The notes: generated by a model from the sequence alone, not told the origin. 64,000 bases of DNA from Longimicrobiales bacterium (GCA_963422615.1 OY730414.1:1240001-1304000); one strand, 5' to 3'; numbered from the stretch's first letter, positions 1 to 11,299 are shown. Program-made: numbers and translations.

Positions 1-589
1 GGGACAGTTCCACGGTGCCCGAGTATGCGTACACGGCCACGGAGGTCGTCTGCTGAGAAAGACGACCGGTTCCCCATCCGGGGCTGATGGCCCGAATGGC
101 CAAGGGTCTCGTCCTCAGCCCGCGGGAAATCAGATGAAGGTCTTCGGGCTGGAAATTGGTGCCGGGCCGGATACTGGAGAACGACACCAAGAAGAGGGTG
201 GGCTCTTCTTCCCGGGAGAGGCGGGCCAGTTCTGGCCGGTATGTGCGGGCGATCCGGTGCAGCCGTTTCCCGGTGTCCGGGGCTGTCGCCTCCAAGACCC
301 AGGCGGCCAAGGGGGTGACTTCGATCCGTAGGTCACCGGCGGCCACGCGAACCGAAATCTGGTCTTGTCGGAGGGATCCGGAGCGAGCCAGGGCGTCGGG
401 GTCGTCCTTTTGATTTTCCGCCGCTGGCGCATGATTCCGGGCGCCGGAACCCGGAGTCGCCGAACCTGGACCAGCCGGCAGCGCGTTTCCAGAGCGGGAG
501 GCTGGCGCACAAGCGCCAACACCGGCGAACAGGGTCACAGAGATGCAGATCCGGCGGGACAACGGCGAAAGCCGCGGGCGAAGGGTCAC
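1..589 (-). CDS. Hypothetical lipoprotein (partial, runs off the window start)
   Basis: Translated by hand (not in ORF track): GTG at 589 directly after the engB stop; MTLRPRLSPLSRRICISVTLFAGVGAC has a basic N-terminus, hydrophobic core and lipobox-like VGAC; frame stays open to the window edge (GSLRQDQISVRVAAGDLRIEVTPL...). Confidence 0.65.
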   Translation of the reverse strand, partial: MTLRPRLSPLSRRICISVTLFAGVGACAPASRSGNALPAGPGSATPGSGARNHAPAAENQKDDPDALARSGSLRQDQISVRVAAGDLRIEVTPLAAWVLEATAPDTGKRLHRIARTYRPELARLSREEEPTLFLVSFSSIRPGTNFQPEDLHLISRGLRTRPLAIRAISPGWGTGRLSQQTTSVAVYAYSGTVELS

Positions 590-590
590 G

Positions 591-1208
591 TCAAGGCTCC
601 GTCTCCAGAAGCGTCTCCATGGCGGCCAACAGTTGGTGTGTTCCCTCTCCCGTGCGGGCGGAGCTCTTCACGATCTGGTCCTGGGTCACACCCAGGGCTT
701 CCACTGTCGGTCCCACGACGCCCCGTTGGCGCTCCTTGGACTTGAGCTTGTCGGTTTTGGTGAGGGCGATCAACGTCGGACTGCCTGTCTGGGAAAGAAA
801 ATCAACGAAGTCTCGGTCTGTACGGGCCGGCGGACGCCGGGAATCCACAAGATAAACCACGCCTCTCAGGTTGTGGCCGCTTCCCTGTCCGCGTTGTCCG
901 GACAGGTAGCTTCGGACCAGGGCTCCCCACGACTCCCGCACCGCCTTTGGGGCCCGGGCGTAGCCCGAGCCCGGAAGGTCCACCAGGAAGAAGGACCCGT
1001 TTACCCGGTAGAAGTTGAGGGCCTGGGTTTTGCCCGGGGCCGCCGATACCCGGGCGACTTTTCGCCGGGTCCGACCCAGGAGCCGATTGATCAGCGACGA
1101 CTTGCCCACGTTGGATCGGCCCGCGAAGGCGATCTGAGGAAGGTCACCGGGCAGCGGCTGTTTAGGTGAGACAACCGATCCCGCGAATTCCACCCTGTGA
1201 ATGACCAT
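591..1208 (-). CDS. engB: Ribosome biogenesis GTP-binding protein EngB/YihA
   Basis: GRSNVGKSSLIN (G1), PGKT, DLPG (G3), TKTD (G4); lies downstream of lon as is typical. Confidence 0.95.
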   Translation of the reverse strand: MVIHRVEFAGSVVSPKQPLPGDLPQIAFAGRSNVGKSSLINRLLGRTRRKVARVSAAPGKTQALNFYRVNGSFFLVDLPGSGYARAPKAVRESWGALVRSYLSGQRGQGSGHNLRGVVYLVDSRRPPARTDRDFVDFLSQTGSPTLIALTKTDKLKSKERQRGVVGPTVEALGVTQDQIVKSSARTGEGTHQLLAAMETLLETEP

Positions 1209-1216
1209 ATGCGGGG

Positions 1217-3748
1217 TCAGGGAACGCTTGCGCCCACGCCCGTTGACTTCGCGGGCATCCCCGGGATCTCCTGGGCCTCCCTCCTGGCGTCGCCCCGGCG
1301 CTTCAGCCCGGCCTCAACCTGGCCGATTCCGGGGACGGATCCCGCCTCGTCCCTGGGGCCGGCCTCCCGATAGGGGCCCTTTTCGGCCCGGGAGGGGACA
1401 AGCGCTTCCCGCAACACCTGGTCCATCGTCTCTACGAGGACCAGGTCTACCCCATTTTGGACCTCGGCGGGAAGCCGCTCAATGTCGGTTTCGTTCATTG
1501 CCGGGAGGAGGACCCGCTTGATCCCGCCCCTCAGGGCCGCCACCGCCTTCTCCTTGATCCCCCCCACCACCAACACGCGACCCCTCAGCGTGATCTCCCC
1601 GGTCATGGCCACATCGGCCCGGGTTGCCTTGTCGGTGAGGGCGGAGATCAGAGCCACAGCAATGGTAATGCCGGCAGAGGGGCCGTCTTTGGGCGTGGCG
1701 CCCTCCGGGATGTGAATGTGGGTGTCCACTTCCCGGTAAAACTGTTCCGACAGCCCCAGTCGGCGGGCTCGAGAACGCGCATAGGTGACGGCGGCAAAGG
1801 CCGACTCCTTCATCACGTCTCCAAGCGTTCCCGTTAGCTGAATTTTTCCCGATCCCGGTACGACTGCTACCTCCACTTCCAGGATCTCCCCGCCGGCGGC
1901 AGTCCAGGCCAGCCCGCATGCGATCCCGGAACGGTCCATCCCATCTTCCCGCCGCTGGGGCAGGTGAGCCGGGGGACCCAGGAGCTCCCGGAGATCGGCC
2001 GGGTCCACCCGACCCAGATCGCCCGCCTCGTCGTTCGTGACCTTGCGGGCCAGCTTGCGGGCCACCCGGGAAAGGCGCCGCTCCAGCTCCCGGACGCCGG
2101 CTTCCCTTGTGTACTCCGCCACGATAGCGTGGATGGCCTCGTCGGTGATCTTGGGCGCGAAGGGCTCAATCCCGTGGCGAGCGACTTGCTTCGGCCAGAG
2201 GAACCTGCGGGCGATGTCTTTCTTTTCCGTGTCCAGGTACCCCGGTAGGCGGATGACCTCCATCCGATCCCGGAGGGGTGCGGGGACTTCACCCAGGGTG
2301 TTGGCGGTTGCGATGAAGAGGACGGACGACAGGTCGAACTCAAGCTCCAGGTAGTGATCCGTGAACGTACGGTTTTGCTCCGGGTCCAGTACTTCCAGGA
2401 GCGCGGCTCCGGGGTCCCCGTGGAAGTCCCGGGCCAGCTTGTCCACTTCGTCCAGGAGAAAGACCGGATTCCGGGAACCCACCTTTCGAAGGCCCTGAAC
2501 GACCCGACCCGGGAGGGCCCCCACATAGGTTCTGCGGTGACCTCGGATTTCCGCCTCGTCTCGTATCCCTCCCAAACTCACCCGCACGAATTTCCTGTCC
2601 AGGCAGCGGGCGATACTCCGGCCCAGCGATGTCTTTCCCACCCCGGGAGGACCCACCAGACAAAGGATGGGCCCCCGAAGCTTCCCCACCAGGGAGAGAA
2701 CGGCGATGTGGTCCAGAATCCGCTCTTTGACTTCCTCCAGGCCGTAGTGTTCCCCCTCCAGAACCATCGCCGCGTTGTGAATGTCCAGGTTGTCCGGCGT
2801 TTCCGTCTCCCAAGGAAGCGCCAGGATCCAGTCCAGATACGTTCGAATGACAGATGCCTCCGGGGTGACGGGGCTCAGCCTTCGGAGACGCTTGAACTCC
2901 TTGTCCACCCGTTCCTTCGCGTAGCCGGGCAGGGACGTTCGGTCGATGACCCCTTCCAGCTCCACCCACTCGGGGTCGGCCATACCGATTTCCCCCCGGA
3001 CCGCGTCGAACCGCTCTTCCAAAGGGAGAGAAACCGAGGGCCTTCCCCCGTCCATCCCGAAGCGGATCTGTTCATCCAGCTTCTCCTGAAGGCGCAGGAT
3101 CTCAACCTCCCTGGCCAGGAGTTTCCGGAGCAGAGCAAACCGGTCCCGCACCTCCGTGGTTTCGAGAAGCTGCTGCTTGTCGGGGGTCCCCACCAACAGG
3201 TGTCCGGAGATCAGGTGTCCCAGGCGAACCCGGTCGGCGATTTCTACGACCGTCCCGGCGACGTCGTTCGGAATGTCTCGGGACAGGTGGACGTAGTCCC
3301 GAAACATCTTCTTGACGGTCTGGGCCTCTGCATCAAGGACCGGGTCCTCCTCCGGGTCGGGCTCGAACTCCCACTCGGACAGAATCTCGATTACAGCCCG
3401 GAAGCCCGCCTTGGACGGGAGATACCGCTTGATCCGGGCTCTGCCCAGCCCCGCCATCACTACCCTGGCGGTTGCGTCGGCAAGGCGGGAGACGTGTTCA
3501 ATGCGAATGACCGTCCCGGTGCGGTAAAGGTCGGCCTTCTCCGGGTGGTCCACCTCAGCGTTCTTTTGGGCCACAACTAGGATGAGGTTGCCACCGGCTT
3601 CTGCCTCCTCCAGGGCCGCGGCCGAAGCCGGGCGTCCGACCAGAATGGGCAGGACCATGTACGGGAAGTAGACCAAGTCCCGCAACGCAATGACCGGGAG
3701 TTCGGTGGGAACTTCGAAGGAGCCGTCGACCCGGTGGAGGATTGCCAT
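1217..3748 (-). CDS. lon: ATP-dependent protease La
   Basis: Walker A GPPGVGKTS, RGHRRTYVGA, LLDEVDK, catalytic PKDGPSAG and GGIKEK. Start set at ATG 3748, after the clpX stop, instead of 3829. Confidence 0.96.
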   Translation of the reverse strand: MAILHRVDGSFEVPTELPVIALRDLVYFPYMVLPILVGRPASAAALEEAEAGGNLILVVAQKNAEVDHPEKADLYRTGTVIRIEHVSRLADATARVVMAGLGRARIKRYLPSKAGFRAVIEILSEWEFEPDPEEDPVLDAEAQTVKKMFRDYVHLSRDIPNDVAGTVVEIADRVRLGHLISGHLLVGTPDKQQLLETTEVRDRFALLRKLLAREVEILRLQEKLDEQIRFGMDGGRPSVSLPLEERFDAVRGEIGMADPEWVELEGVIDRTSLPGYAKERVDKEFKRLRRLSPVTPEASVIRTYLDWILALPWETETPDNLDIHNAAMVLEGEHYGLEEVKERILDHIAVLSLVGKLRGPILCLVGPPGVGKTSLGRSIARCLDRKFVRVSLGGIRDEAEIRGHRRTYVGALPGRVVQGLRKVGSRNPVFLLDEVDKLARDFHGDPGAALLEVLDPEQNRTFTDHYLELEFDLSSVLFIATANTLGEVPAPLRDRMEVIRLPGYLDTEKKDIARRFLWPKQVARHGIEPFAPKITDEAIHAIVAEYTREAGVRELERRLSRVARKLARKVTNDEAGDLGRVDPADLRELLGPPAHLPQRREDGMDRSGIACGLAWTAAGGEILEVEVAVVPGSGKIQLTGTLGDVMKESAFAAVTYARSRARRLGLSEQFYREVDTHIHIPEGATPKDGPSAGITIAVALISALTDKATRADVAMTGEITLRGRVLVVGGIKEKAVAALRGGIKRVLLPAMNETDIERLPAEVQNGVDLVLVETMDQVLREALVPSRAEKGPYREAGPRDEAGSVPGIGQVEAGLKRRGDARREAQEIPGMPAKSTGVGASVP

Positions 3749-3762
3749 GGGCGGATTCCCGG

Positions 3763-4998
3763 TCAGGCCTCCTTCCTCCGGGTCTCCGGACTCAGGACCA
3801 AGAGGGGCGGAATGTTTCCCGCCACGCATTCGGGGGTCACAACGACTTCCTTCACGTCGTGCCGGGAGGGAAGGTCGAACATGACATCCCGCAAGATCTT
3901 CTCGAGTATGGCCCTGAGCCCTCGGGCTCCGGTGCCCCGCTCAAAGGTCTGTCTCGCGATTTCCCGCAGGGCCCCGGGGTCGAAGGTTAGCCCCACACCT
4001 TCCAGTTCGAACATCTTTTGGCACTGTTTGACCAGGGCGTTCCTGGGCTCCTGCAGGATCCGCACGAGCGCGTCCTCGTCCAGATCCTCCAAGGCCACCA
4101 TCACCGGTAGTCTGCCCACCAGCTCCGGGATGAGCCCGAAACGCTGAAGATCCCGGGGCGCCAAAGAGCGCATCGGGTCCTGGTCGTTTCCGTCTCCACC
4201 TTCTTCCTCCCCGAAGCCGATCTGCCGCTTTCCGATGCGGCGCTCGATGATCTTGTCCAGACCCTCGAAAGCCCCGCCGCAGATAAAGAGAATGTTTCGG
4301 GTGTCGATCTGAAAGTATTCCTGTTGGGGGTGCTTTCGACCCCCTTGGGGCGGCACATTGGCGACCGTCCCCTCCAAAATCTTCAAGAGCGCCTGCTGGA
4401 CTCCTTCGCCCGAGACATCCCGAGTAATCGACGGGTTTTCGGACTTCCGGGCGATCTTGTCCAGTTCGTCAATGTAAACGATCCCGCGCTCGCAGTCGGC
4501 CAGATTGAATTCGCTTGCCTGGAGGAGGCGCACAAGGATGTTTTCCACGTCTTCCCCCACGTAACCGGCCTCCGTCAGCGTGGTGGCGTCTGCGATCGTG
4601 AAGGGCACCTGAAGGGTCCGGGCCAACGTCTGAGCCAAAAGGGTCTTCCCGACGCCTGTGGGTCCCACGAGAAGGACGTTGGCTTTGTCGATCTCCACAT
4701 CCTCAGTGACACCCTGGCGATGTACCCGCTTGTAGTGATTGTACACGGCTACGGACAAAGAACGCTTGGCCTGCTCCTGGCCGATGACGTATTGGTCCAG
4801 GTGGTCCTTGATTTCCCGGGGAACCAGGGGGGTGACGGCGGTTTCCCGGTTTTCCCGTTCCTCTTCTTCGGCGAGGATCTCGTTGCAAAGGGAAACGCAT
4901 TCATTGCAGATGTAGACGGAGGGGCCGGAGATGAACTTCGTCACCGACTCCTTGGACTTTCCACAGAAACTACAACGCAGGTGTTTGTCATTCGACAT
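3763..4998 (-). CDS. clpX: ATP-dependent Clp protease ATP-binding subunit ClpX
   Basis: C4 zinc finger CSFC...[23 protein letters not shown] loop, IGF loop. Confidence 0.98.
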   Translation of the reverse strand: MSNDKHLRCSFCGKSKESVTKFISGPSVYICNECVSLCNEILAEEEERENRETAVTPLVPREIKDHLDQYVIGQEQAKRSLSVAVYNHYKRVHRQGVTEDVEIDKANVLLVGPTGVGKTLLAQTLARTLQVPFTIADATTLTEAGYVGEDVENILVRLLQASEFNLADCERGIVYIDELDKIARKSENPSITRDVSGEGVQQALLKILEGTVANVPPQGGRKHPQQEYFQIDTRNILFICGGAFEGLDKIIERRIGKRQIGFGEEEGGDGNDQDPMRSLAPRDLQRFGLIPELVGRLPVMVALEDLDEDALVRILQEPRNALVKQCQKMFELEGVGLTFDPGALREIARQTFERGTGARGLRAILEKILRDVMFDLPSRHDVKEVVVTPECVAGNIPPLLVLSPETRRKEA

Positions 4999-5007
4999 GT
5001 GCGAATC

Positions 5008-5622
5008 CTATTCGGAATCCGGAGCCGCCGCCCGGTCTTCTCCGTTCTGGAGAACCTGGTCGACCAGACCGTATTCTACGGCCTCCCTTGCGCCCATCCA
5101 TCGGTCCCGGTCCACATCAATGCCGATCTTCTCGACCGACTGTCCCGTGGTCCGGGACAGAATCCGGTTGAGCCGCTCCCGGGTCCCCAGAATCTCCTTG
5201 GCCGCAATCTCGATGTCTGCCGCGGTTCCCTGATAACCCGAGGAAGGCTGATGAAGCATGACCCTGGAATTGGGAAGGGCACTTCGTTTCCCTTTTTCGC
5301 CTGCCGACAGAAGCACCGCGCCCATGGACGCCGCCATTCCCACACAATAGGTGGATACCGGCGCCCGAAGATGATTCATGGTGTCGTAAATGGCGAGCCC
5401 GGCGTAGACCGTGCCACCAGGAGAGTTGATGTAAAGGTAGATGTCCCGGTTCGGGTCGTCGGCATCCAGGAACAGCATTTGCGCCACAATGATGTTTGCG
5501 ACATGGTCGTCAATGGGGCTTCCCAAAAAGACGATTCGGTCCATCAGAAGTCGGCTGAAAATATCGTAGCTGCGCTCCCCTCGGCTCGTCCGTTCGATAA
5601 CGTAGGGCGGATAAATTGGCAT
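5008..5622 (-). CDS. clpP: ATP-dependent Clp protease proteolytic subunit
   Basis: [24 protein letters not shown] motifs. Confidence 0.98.
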   Translation of the reverse strand: MPIYPPYVIERTSRGERSYDIFSRLLMDRIVFLGSPIDDHVANIIVAQMLFLDADDPNRDIYLYINSPGGTVYAGLAIYDTMNHLRAPVSTYCVGMAASMGAVLLSAGEKGKRSALPNSRVMLHQPSSGYQGTAADIEIAAKEILGTRERLNRILSRTTGQSVEKIGIDVDRDRWMGAREAVEYGLVDQVLQNGEDRAAAPDSE

Positions 5623-5645
5623 CTTCGAGAATCTCCTGGGTGGCG

Positions 5646-6941
5646 TTATGTAGTTACCGAGTCAATTGTCGAGGGGACCGGAGCCTGTGTGATCGTTGAC
5701 TGGCTCCGCAGCAACTCGGCCACCTTTCTGCCGGTCAGTTTTCGTTCCACGGCCTCGATTCGTCCGGACTTCTGCAGATCGGCGTACACCTTCGCCGGAG
5801 GCAAGCCCGCCGCTTCGGCCACCGCCTCCACTTCGGCGTCCACTGCTTCCTCCGTAGGCCGAAGCTCGTACTCTTCGACGATTCGGCTCATCAAAATGTC
5901 CCGCTTGGCGACGTACATTGCATCGTCTCTCAACCTCGTCCGAAGCGATTGCAGATCCTCGGGCTTCAAGTCGGGGGCTTCCCCGATCATCGAATCGCAG
6001 GCGGCTTCCACCATCGAATCCGGGATCTCGAAGTCGTTTGCCTCAAGGACGAGGCGAATAAGCGCATCGTCGACAGCGATGTCGGCTTGCCGCTCCGCTT
6101 CCTTCTGCAAGCCCGATTGGATCTTCGCCCGGAGCGCAAACATGTCCTCGACATGGCCGACCGACACCGCAAAATCCTTGTTCAGTTCCGGCAAAGCCGG
6201 AATGCGGCGGCTGACCAGCCGCACACCCAGGCGCTTGGGGTGGCCCTCTTCGTCGGGCGCAGTGAAGTCGATTTCCCGTTCGTGTCCAGGGCTGAGGGAA
6301 TAGATTGCCTCCTCGATCGCCTGTGGGGCCTTGCCCCGATCCAGGACGAAATCGTAGGACTGCCCCGAGTCCGGTTCCGCCCCGCTTCCGGGTGCATCGT
6401 GGACCTGGGTCAGCACCACCGTTACGGCATCTCCTGGCTTCGGTTTGCCATCGGGGACCTCGGTCCAGCTGACATGCTCTTCCCTGAGTTCCTCCAGGAC
6501 TCTTTCCACCAGCCCCTCGGGAACGACCGCCGCTTGCCGTTCAACCTCAAAACCGCCCAAGCGACCGATTCTCACGGTTGGGTACACGTCAAAGGAAGCC
6601 TTGAAGGACATAGGTTCCAGGGGCTTGAAGCGAACGTCTTCCAACTGGACCCGGGAGACGGGGTTCAACGCCTGGGACTTGACGGCGGCCTTGGTTGCAT
6701 TCCGGACCAGCCGCTCCCGGGCTTCCTCTTCCACAAGGGAACCGTAGCGCTTCGCGACAACCCCGGTGGGGATTTTCCCCTTCCGGAATCCCTTCACCTT
6801 GACCCGAGAGGCGAAGCGTCGGGTGACCTTTCGCTTCTCTTCCTCCACAAGGTCCCTGGGAATGGCGACGTGCATGACAACCCGGCAACGCGCTTCCCGG
6901 GTCACCGTTACGTCCAGGCGGGAGCCGTCCACGAGGCTCAC
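5646..6941 (-). CDS. tig: Trigger factor
   Basis: GFRKGK signature; tRNA-Leu-tig-clpP-clpX-lon synteny. Start approximate (GTG 6941 or 6932); the longer ORF runs through the tRNA. Confidence 0.9.
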   Translation of the reverse strand: MSLVDGSRLDVTVTREARCRVVMHVAIPRDLVEEEKRKVTRRFASRVKVKGFRKGKIPTGVVAKRYGSLVEEEARERLVRNATKAAVKSQALNPVSRVQLEDVRFKPLEPMSFKASFDVYPTVRIGRLGGFEVERQAAVVPEGLVERVLEELREEHVSWTEVPDGKPKPGDAVTVVLTQVHDAPGSGAEPDSGQSYDFVLDRGKAPQAIEEAIYSLSPGHEREIDFTAPDEEGHPKRLGVRLVSRRIPALPELNKDFAVSVGHVEDMFALRAKIQSGLQKEAERQADIAVDDALIRLVLEANDFEIPDSMVEAACDSMIGEAPDLKPEDLQSLRTRLRDDAMYVAKRDILMSRIVEEYELRPTEEAVDAEVEAVAEAAGLPPAKVYADLQKSGRIEAVERKLTGRKVAELLRSQSTITQAPVPSTIDSVTT

Positions 6942-6998
6942 GGCAGTGGGCCGGAGGCAAAACGAAAGAACCTGGAAAATCCAGCCTGTGACCGAAAG

Positions 6999-7081
6999 TG
7001 CGAAAGGGGGGACTCGAACCCCCACGGCCAGAGGCCACAAGATCCTAAGTCTTGCGCGTCTACCAGTTCCGCCACTTTCGC
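6999..7081 (-). tRNA. tRNA-Leu (anticodon TAG)
   Basis: Reverse complement GCGAAAGTGGCGGAACTGGTAGACGCGCAAGACTTAGGATCTTGTGGCCTCTGGCCGTGGGGGTTCGAGTCCCCCCTTTCGCA: acceptor stem, D-loop TGGTA, TAG anticodon, long variable arm, GTTCGA T-loop. Confidence 0.96.
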
Positions 7082-7296
7082 TCCCCTGTCCAAGGTCCCC
7101 CCAAGGTAAATCCATCCCCGCGGGCCGATGAGCCTTATGCCGTGCGATCCCCCGCTACGGATAAGGTAATATTCCAGCGACTTCTACCAAGTCCGACGGG
7201 CGCAACGGCAACCCACGCCGCAACGCCCGTCCGAGGTGGAACGGGTCGCTAGCCCGCGCTCAAGGCTCTACCCGTTAGTAGTGAAGTATGGGAAGC

Positions 7297-8859
7297 CTAC
7301 CGAGGAACGCGGATGTTGTAGACGTTCCTGTCGCTTGTGGACCCGTCCCGCCGGGGGCATTGGGCGATCAGGGATACCACCTCCCCGGCTTCTACCTCCC
7401 GAAACGCGGCTTCCACGTCGTCGGCATCCCGAATCGCCTGCCGGTTGATTTCCCGGATGACACAGTTCAACCCGAGGTTCCGTCGGGCGGCGGGGCCACC
7501 AGGCTGCACGCTCTGAACCACCGCGCCTTCCGTGGTCTCAAGGTTGAGGCGGCTGGCGATTTCCGGCGTGACATCGGCGACCTGGATTCCGATTTTGTCG
7601 GCGGTTCGAGCTCTGGGCGTTGGCGCCTCGGCCAACTGATCCGAGAACGGGGCCTCTTCCAGGCGCACTTGGATGTCCATGGGCTTCCCGTCCCGATAAA
7701 CCGTGACTCGAACCTGGTCGCCCGGGGCCCTGAGCGCGATGTTGTGCTGTAGGTCGTTGGACGTGTGGATGGCTTCGCCGTCCACCGCCGTGATCACGTC
7801 CACGGCTTGAATTCCAGCTTCCTCCGCTGGGGTGTCCTCCGTGACCTCCTGAACGAGGGCCCCGGCGATCTCCGGCAACTCGTACACCTCGGCGTCCTCC
7901 GGGGTGACCGATCTCATGCGCACGCCCAGGTAAGCTCTCCGTACCCTTCCGTAGGCGACCAGATCTTCCATGACCCGGTGCGCCAGGTCGATGGGTATGG
8001 CGAAACCATAGCCCTGGTAGAAGCCGGTGGCACTGGCAATGGCGGTATTGATCCCGATGACTTGCCCTCGGAGGTTTACCATGGGTCCCCCGGAGTTCCC
8101 CCGGTTGATCACGGCGTCGGTCTGGATGAAGTCTTCAATGGCGAACCCGGGAAGATTACCGGTGAATCGGGGATCCTGCTCCAGCTCGTTGGCGATCAGG
8201 CTGAGGTTTCGACCCCGCGCGGACACGATCCCCGCGGTGACGCTGTAGTCCAGGGAGCTGCCCCGGGAAAAGCCCGGATTTCCGATGGCCAGCACCCACT
8301 CCCCGACCCGCACCTCGGCGGAGGAGCCCAGGGAAGCGGCGGGGAAGTTCGAGCCGTCGATCTTGATGACGGCGACATCGGTTGTGGGGTCGGTTCCCAC
8401 GACTTCGGCGGGAAAGGTCCGCCCGTCCCGCACCGCGACGGTAATCGCCTCCGCGTCCTCGACGACGTGGTTGTTGGTCATCACGTACCCGTCCTCCGAA
8501 GTGATGAAGCCGCTTCCTTCCACCGTCACCACATCGGGCTGACCCCTGGGCTCTCGCGGAAAGAAGAACTCCTGGATGCCCCGGTCGTTACGGAGCTGTC
8601 GCCGTCGAACCTCAATCCTTACAACTGACGGAGTGACGGCGTCGGCGATGTTGACGAAAGCGTTGCTCAGGTCAAGGGCCGGCTGAACGGCGCTGGCGGG
8701 TACTTGGGGGCCCGTCTCCACATAGGGGCCGGCGGGGCGGGCGTCCGTAAAGCCGAACTGGGACGCCAGCCCCATTCCGCAGAGGAACGAAACCGCCACG
8801 AACAACGCGATTTTCGTCTTGGCTCTCAACGGGTCGTACACTTCGCGTTCCTTATTCAA
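7297..8859 (-). CDS. HtrA/DegP (Do) family serine protease with two PDZ domains
   Basis: TNNHVV, DVAV, IQTDAVINRGNSGGP; N-terminal hydrophobic segment; TTG 8859 preceded by GGGAGGGAGA. Confidence 0.93.
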   Translation of the reverse strand: MNKEREVYDPLRAKTKIALFVAVSFLCGMGLASQFGFTDARPAGPYVETGPQVPASAVQPALDLSNAFVNIADAVTPSVVRIEVRRRQLRNDRGIQEFFFPREPRGQPDVVTVEGSGFITSEDGYVMTNNHVVEDAEAITVAVRDGRTFPAEVVGTDPTTDVAVIKIDGSNFPAASLGSSAEVRVGEWVLAIGNPGFSRGSSLDYSVTAGIVSARGRNLSLIANELEQDPRFTGNLPGFAIEDFIQTDAVINRGNSGGPMVNLRGQVIGINTAIASATGFYQGYGFAIPIDLAHRVMEDLVAYGRVRRAYLGVRMRSVTPEDAEVYELPEIAGALVQEVTEDTPAEEAGIQAVDVITAVDGEAIHTSNDLQHNIALRAPGDQVRVTVYRDGKPMDIQVRLEEAPFSDQLAEAPTPRARTADKIGIQVADVTPEIASRLNLETTEGAVVQSVQPGGPAARRNLGLNCVIREINRQAIRDADDVEAAFREVEAGEVVSLIAQCPRRDGSTSDRNVYNIRVPR

Positions 8860-8959
8860 GGTATCTCCCTCCCATTCTGCCGCCCCCGATGCCGGCCGGG
8901 GGATTGCCGTTTCGCTGTTGGACGCGAGCCAGAGACCGACCGGTTGTCCCTCCGCCGAC

Positions 8960-10879
8960 TCACTTCTTCTCGTCAACGATTTCGTAGTCGGCTTCGACCA
9001 CTTCGTCGTCTTCTCCTACCGTATCCTCCGGGGTCCCCTCGGGGCCGGGGCTCTCCTCGCTGCCGGCTTCCGCGGCCTGGGCCTGGTACATTTCCTGGCC
9101 GGCCGCGCTGAACGCCTGCATGAGTTCGTCCCGGGCCTCGTTGATCTCGGCCACGTCGCTCCCCTTCAGAGCGCTCCTGCCCCGCTCCAGCGCCTCGTCC
9201 AAACGCTTCCGGGTGGTGTCGGCGACCTTGTCGCCCCACTCTCCCGAGTCCTTCTCGACCTGATACACCAAAGAGTCCAAGTGATTTCGGGCTTCGGCTT
9301 CTTCCCGACGCTTTTCGTCTTCGTTCGCGTGGGCTTCGGCGTCCTTGACCATCTTGTCGATTTCGGCACCGCTCAGGCCGCTCGAAGCCTCAATACGAAC
9401 TTTCTGCTCCTTGCTTGTGGCCCGGTCTTTGGCGGTGACGTGCAGGATCCCGTTGGCGTCAATGTCGAAGGCGACCTCGATTTGGGGGACGCCTCTGGGT
9501 GCCGGCGGAATTCCCGTCAGTTGGAACTTTCCGATGGTGCGGTTGTCCAAGGCCATCTTGCGTTCCCCCTGCAGAACATGGATTTCTACCGTCGTCTGGC
9601 TGTCTTCGGCGGTGGAAAAGACTTCCATCTTCTTCGTCGGGATCGTCGTATTGCGTTCAATGAGGGTGGTCATGACGCCGCCAAGGGTTTCGATCCCGAG
9701 CGACAGCGGCGTTACATCTAGGAGCAGCACGTCCTTGACGTCGCCGGCCAGGACACCCCCTTGAATCGCGGCCCCCACCGCCACCACCTCGTCGGCGTTT
9801 ACCCCCTTGTGGGGATCCTGCCCGAAGAACTCCCGAACGACCTCCTGAATCTTGGGGATTCTTGTCGAGCCGCCGACCAGGACAACCTCGTCGATGTCCC
9901 CCGCCTTCAGCTTCGCGTCGGCCAGAGCCTTCCGCATCGGTGGGATTGTGCGCTGCACGAGTTCGTCCACCAACTGTTCGAACTTTGCCCGGGACAGCGT
10001 GTAGTTGAGATGCTTCGGTCCTTCGGCGGTTGCGGTAATGAAGGGCAAGTTGACGTCTGTCGATTTGGTGGAAGACAACTCCATCTTTGCCTTTTCGGCG
10101 GCTTCCTTCAGGCGTTGCAGCGCCATGGAGTCCTTGGACAGGTTGATGCCCTGTTCCCTCCTGAACTCGGCGACCAGCCAGTCAATGATCGTCTGGTCGA
10201 AGTCATCGCCTCCCAGATGGGTGTCCCCGTTGGTCGCCTTCACTTCGAAAACCCCGTCCCCGATCTCCAGTACCGAGATGTCATAGGTTCCACCGCCCAG
10301 GTCGAAGACGGCGATCTTTTCGTCCTTCTTCTTGTCCAGGCCGTACGCGAGGGCTGCCGCCGTCGGCTCGTTGATGATCCGCATGACTTCCAGGCCGGCG
10401 ATCTTGCCTGCGTCCTTGGTGGCCTGGCGCTGGGCATCGTTGAAATAGGCAGGAACGGTGATGACGGCCTGGGAAACGGATGTTCCCAGGTAGTCCTCGG
10501 CGGTCTGGCGCATCTTCTGAAGGATCACCGCCGAGAGTTCCGGGGGCGTGTAGTCCTTTTCTCCGTTCGGAAGCTTGACGACCACCCGATCCCGATGGTC
10601 CCGGTCCACGGAGTACGGAACGCGCTTGCGCTCTTTTTCGACTTCTGAATGGCGCATCCCCATGAAGCGCTTGATCGAGAAAACCGTGTTCTCGGGGTTG
10701 GTGATGGCTTGGCGTCGGGCGACCTGCCCGACCAAGCGCTCCCCTTCCTTGGCGAATGCGACTACGGAAGGTGTCGTTCGCCCGCCCTCGGAGTTGGGAA
10801 TGACCGTGGGCTCTCCGCCCTCCATAACGGCAACCACGGAGTTGGTGGTCCCGAGGTCGATCCCGATAATTTTTCCCAT
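8960..10879 (-). CDS. dnaK: Molecular chaperone DnaK
   Basis: [41 protein letters not shown]. Confidence 0.99.
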   Translation of the reverse strand: MGKIIGIDLGTTNSVVAVMEGGEPTVIPNSEGGRTTPSVVAFAKEGERLVGQVARRQAITNPENTVFSIKRFMGMRHSEVEKERKRVPYSVDRDHRDRVVVKLPNGEKDYTPPELSAVILQKMRQTAEDYLGTSVSQAVITVPAYFNDAQRQATKDAGKIAGLEVMRIINEPTAAALAYGLDKKKDEKIAVFDLGGGTYDISVLEIGDGVFEVKATNGDTHLGGDDFDQTIIDWLVAEFRREQGINLSKDSMALQRLKEAAEKAKMELSSTKSTDVNLPFITATAEGPKHLNYTLSRAKFEQLVDELVQRTIPPMRKALADAKLKAGDIDEVVLVGGSTRIPKIQEVVREFFGQDPHKGVNADEVVAVGAAIQGGVLAGDVKDVLLLDVTPLSLGIETLGGVMTTLIERNTTIPTKKMEVFSTAEDSQTTVEIHVLQGERKMALDNRTIGKFQLTGIPPAPRGVPQIEVAFDIDANGILHVTAKDRATSKEQKVRIEASSGLSGAEIDKMVKDAEAHANEDEKRREEAEARNHLDSLVYQVEKDSGEWGDKVADTTRKRLDEALERGRSALKGSDVAEINEARDELMQAFSAAGQEMYQAQAAEAGSEESPGPEGTPEDTVGEDDEVVEADYEIVDEKK

Positions 10880-10975
10880 TTTCTGCTTTGGTCCTTTCAG
10901 GTTTTTCGGCTCACCGAACCCGAGTCAACCGCCCGGTCGGATCATGTCCGCACATAAGGTAACGGATCAGCCAGA

Positions 10976-10991
10976 TGCAACGAACGTGCCG
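10976..10991 (-). promoter_or_regulatory. Putative sigma-54 (-24/-12) promoter of dnaK
   Basis: Minus strand CGGCACGTTCGTTGCA has GG-N10-GC spacing and a near-consensus TGGCACG-N4-TTGC match, about 97 bp upstream of the dnaK ATG. Confidence 0.75.
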
Positions 10992-11023
10992 TGACAACGG
11001 GAAGTCCGTTGTGCAGTCCGGTA

Positions 11024-11129
11024 TGCCATTTTGACAGGAACGGCCGGGCGGCCCTGTCAAAATGGCAGATCCGACCCGATCCAGGGAATCCGGGTCTGGG
11101 TCGGGTCTTGTCTTCTGCCATTTTGGCAG
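11024..11129. promoter_or_regulatory. Three TGCCA-N3-TG(A/G)CA sites, putative activator/regulator binding sites
   Basis: TGCCATTTTGACAGG (11024-11038), its exact reverse complement CCTGTCAAAATGGCA (11053-11067), and CTGCCATTTTGGCAG (11115-11129). Confidence 0.7.
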
Positions 11130-11299
11130 GTCTTGCTGCAGCCGGGATTCCCCCGGCGCCGGGGACGAGCACCTGCCGTACAGCCGTTCGGCTTTCAAGC
11201 GGGCGTTGGTGCCTTGATCGCATGATGCCTGGCCGGGGTAGCGGAGGCGGCGTATGGTAAGCGTTCCTTGACCGAGTCTGCGTTTCCCCGGGCTGACCC

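Noticed and set aside
6942..7115. N-terminal extension of trigger factor
   Set aside because: It runs through the tRNA-Leu gene.
2354..10648. Long antisense ORFs (2354-3580, 4324-6303, 9761-10648; likewise 30093-31445 and 51208-53310)
   Set aside because: Shadow frames of well-conserved genes in high-GC DNA, with no protein motifs.
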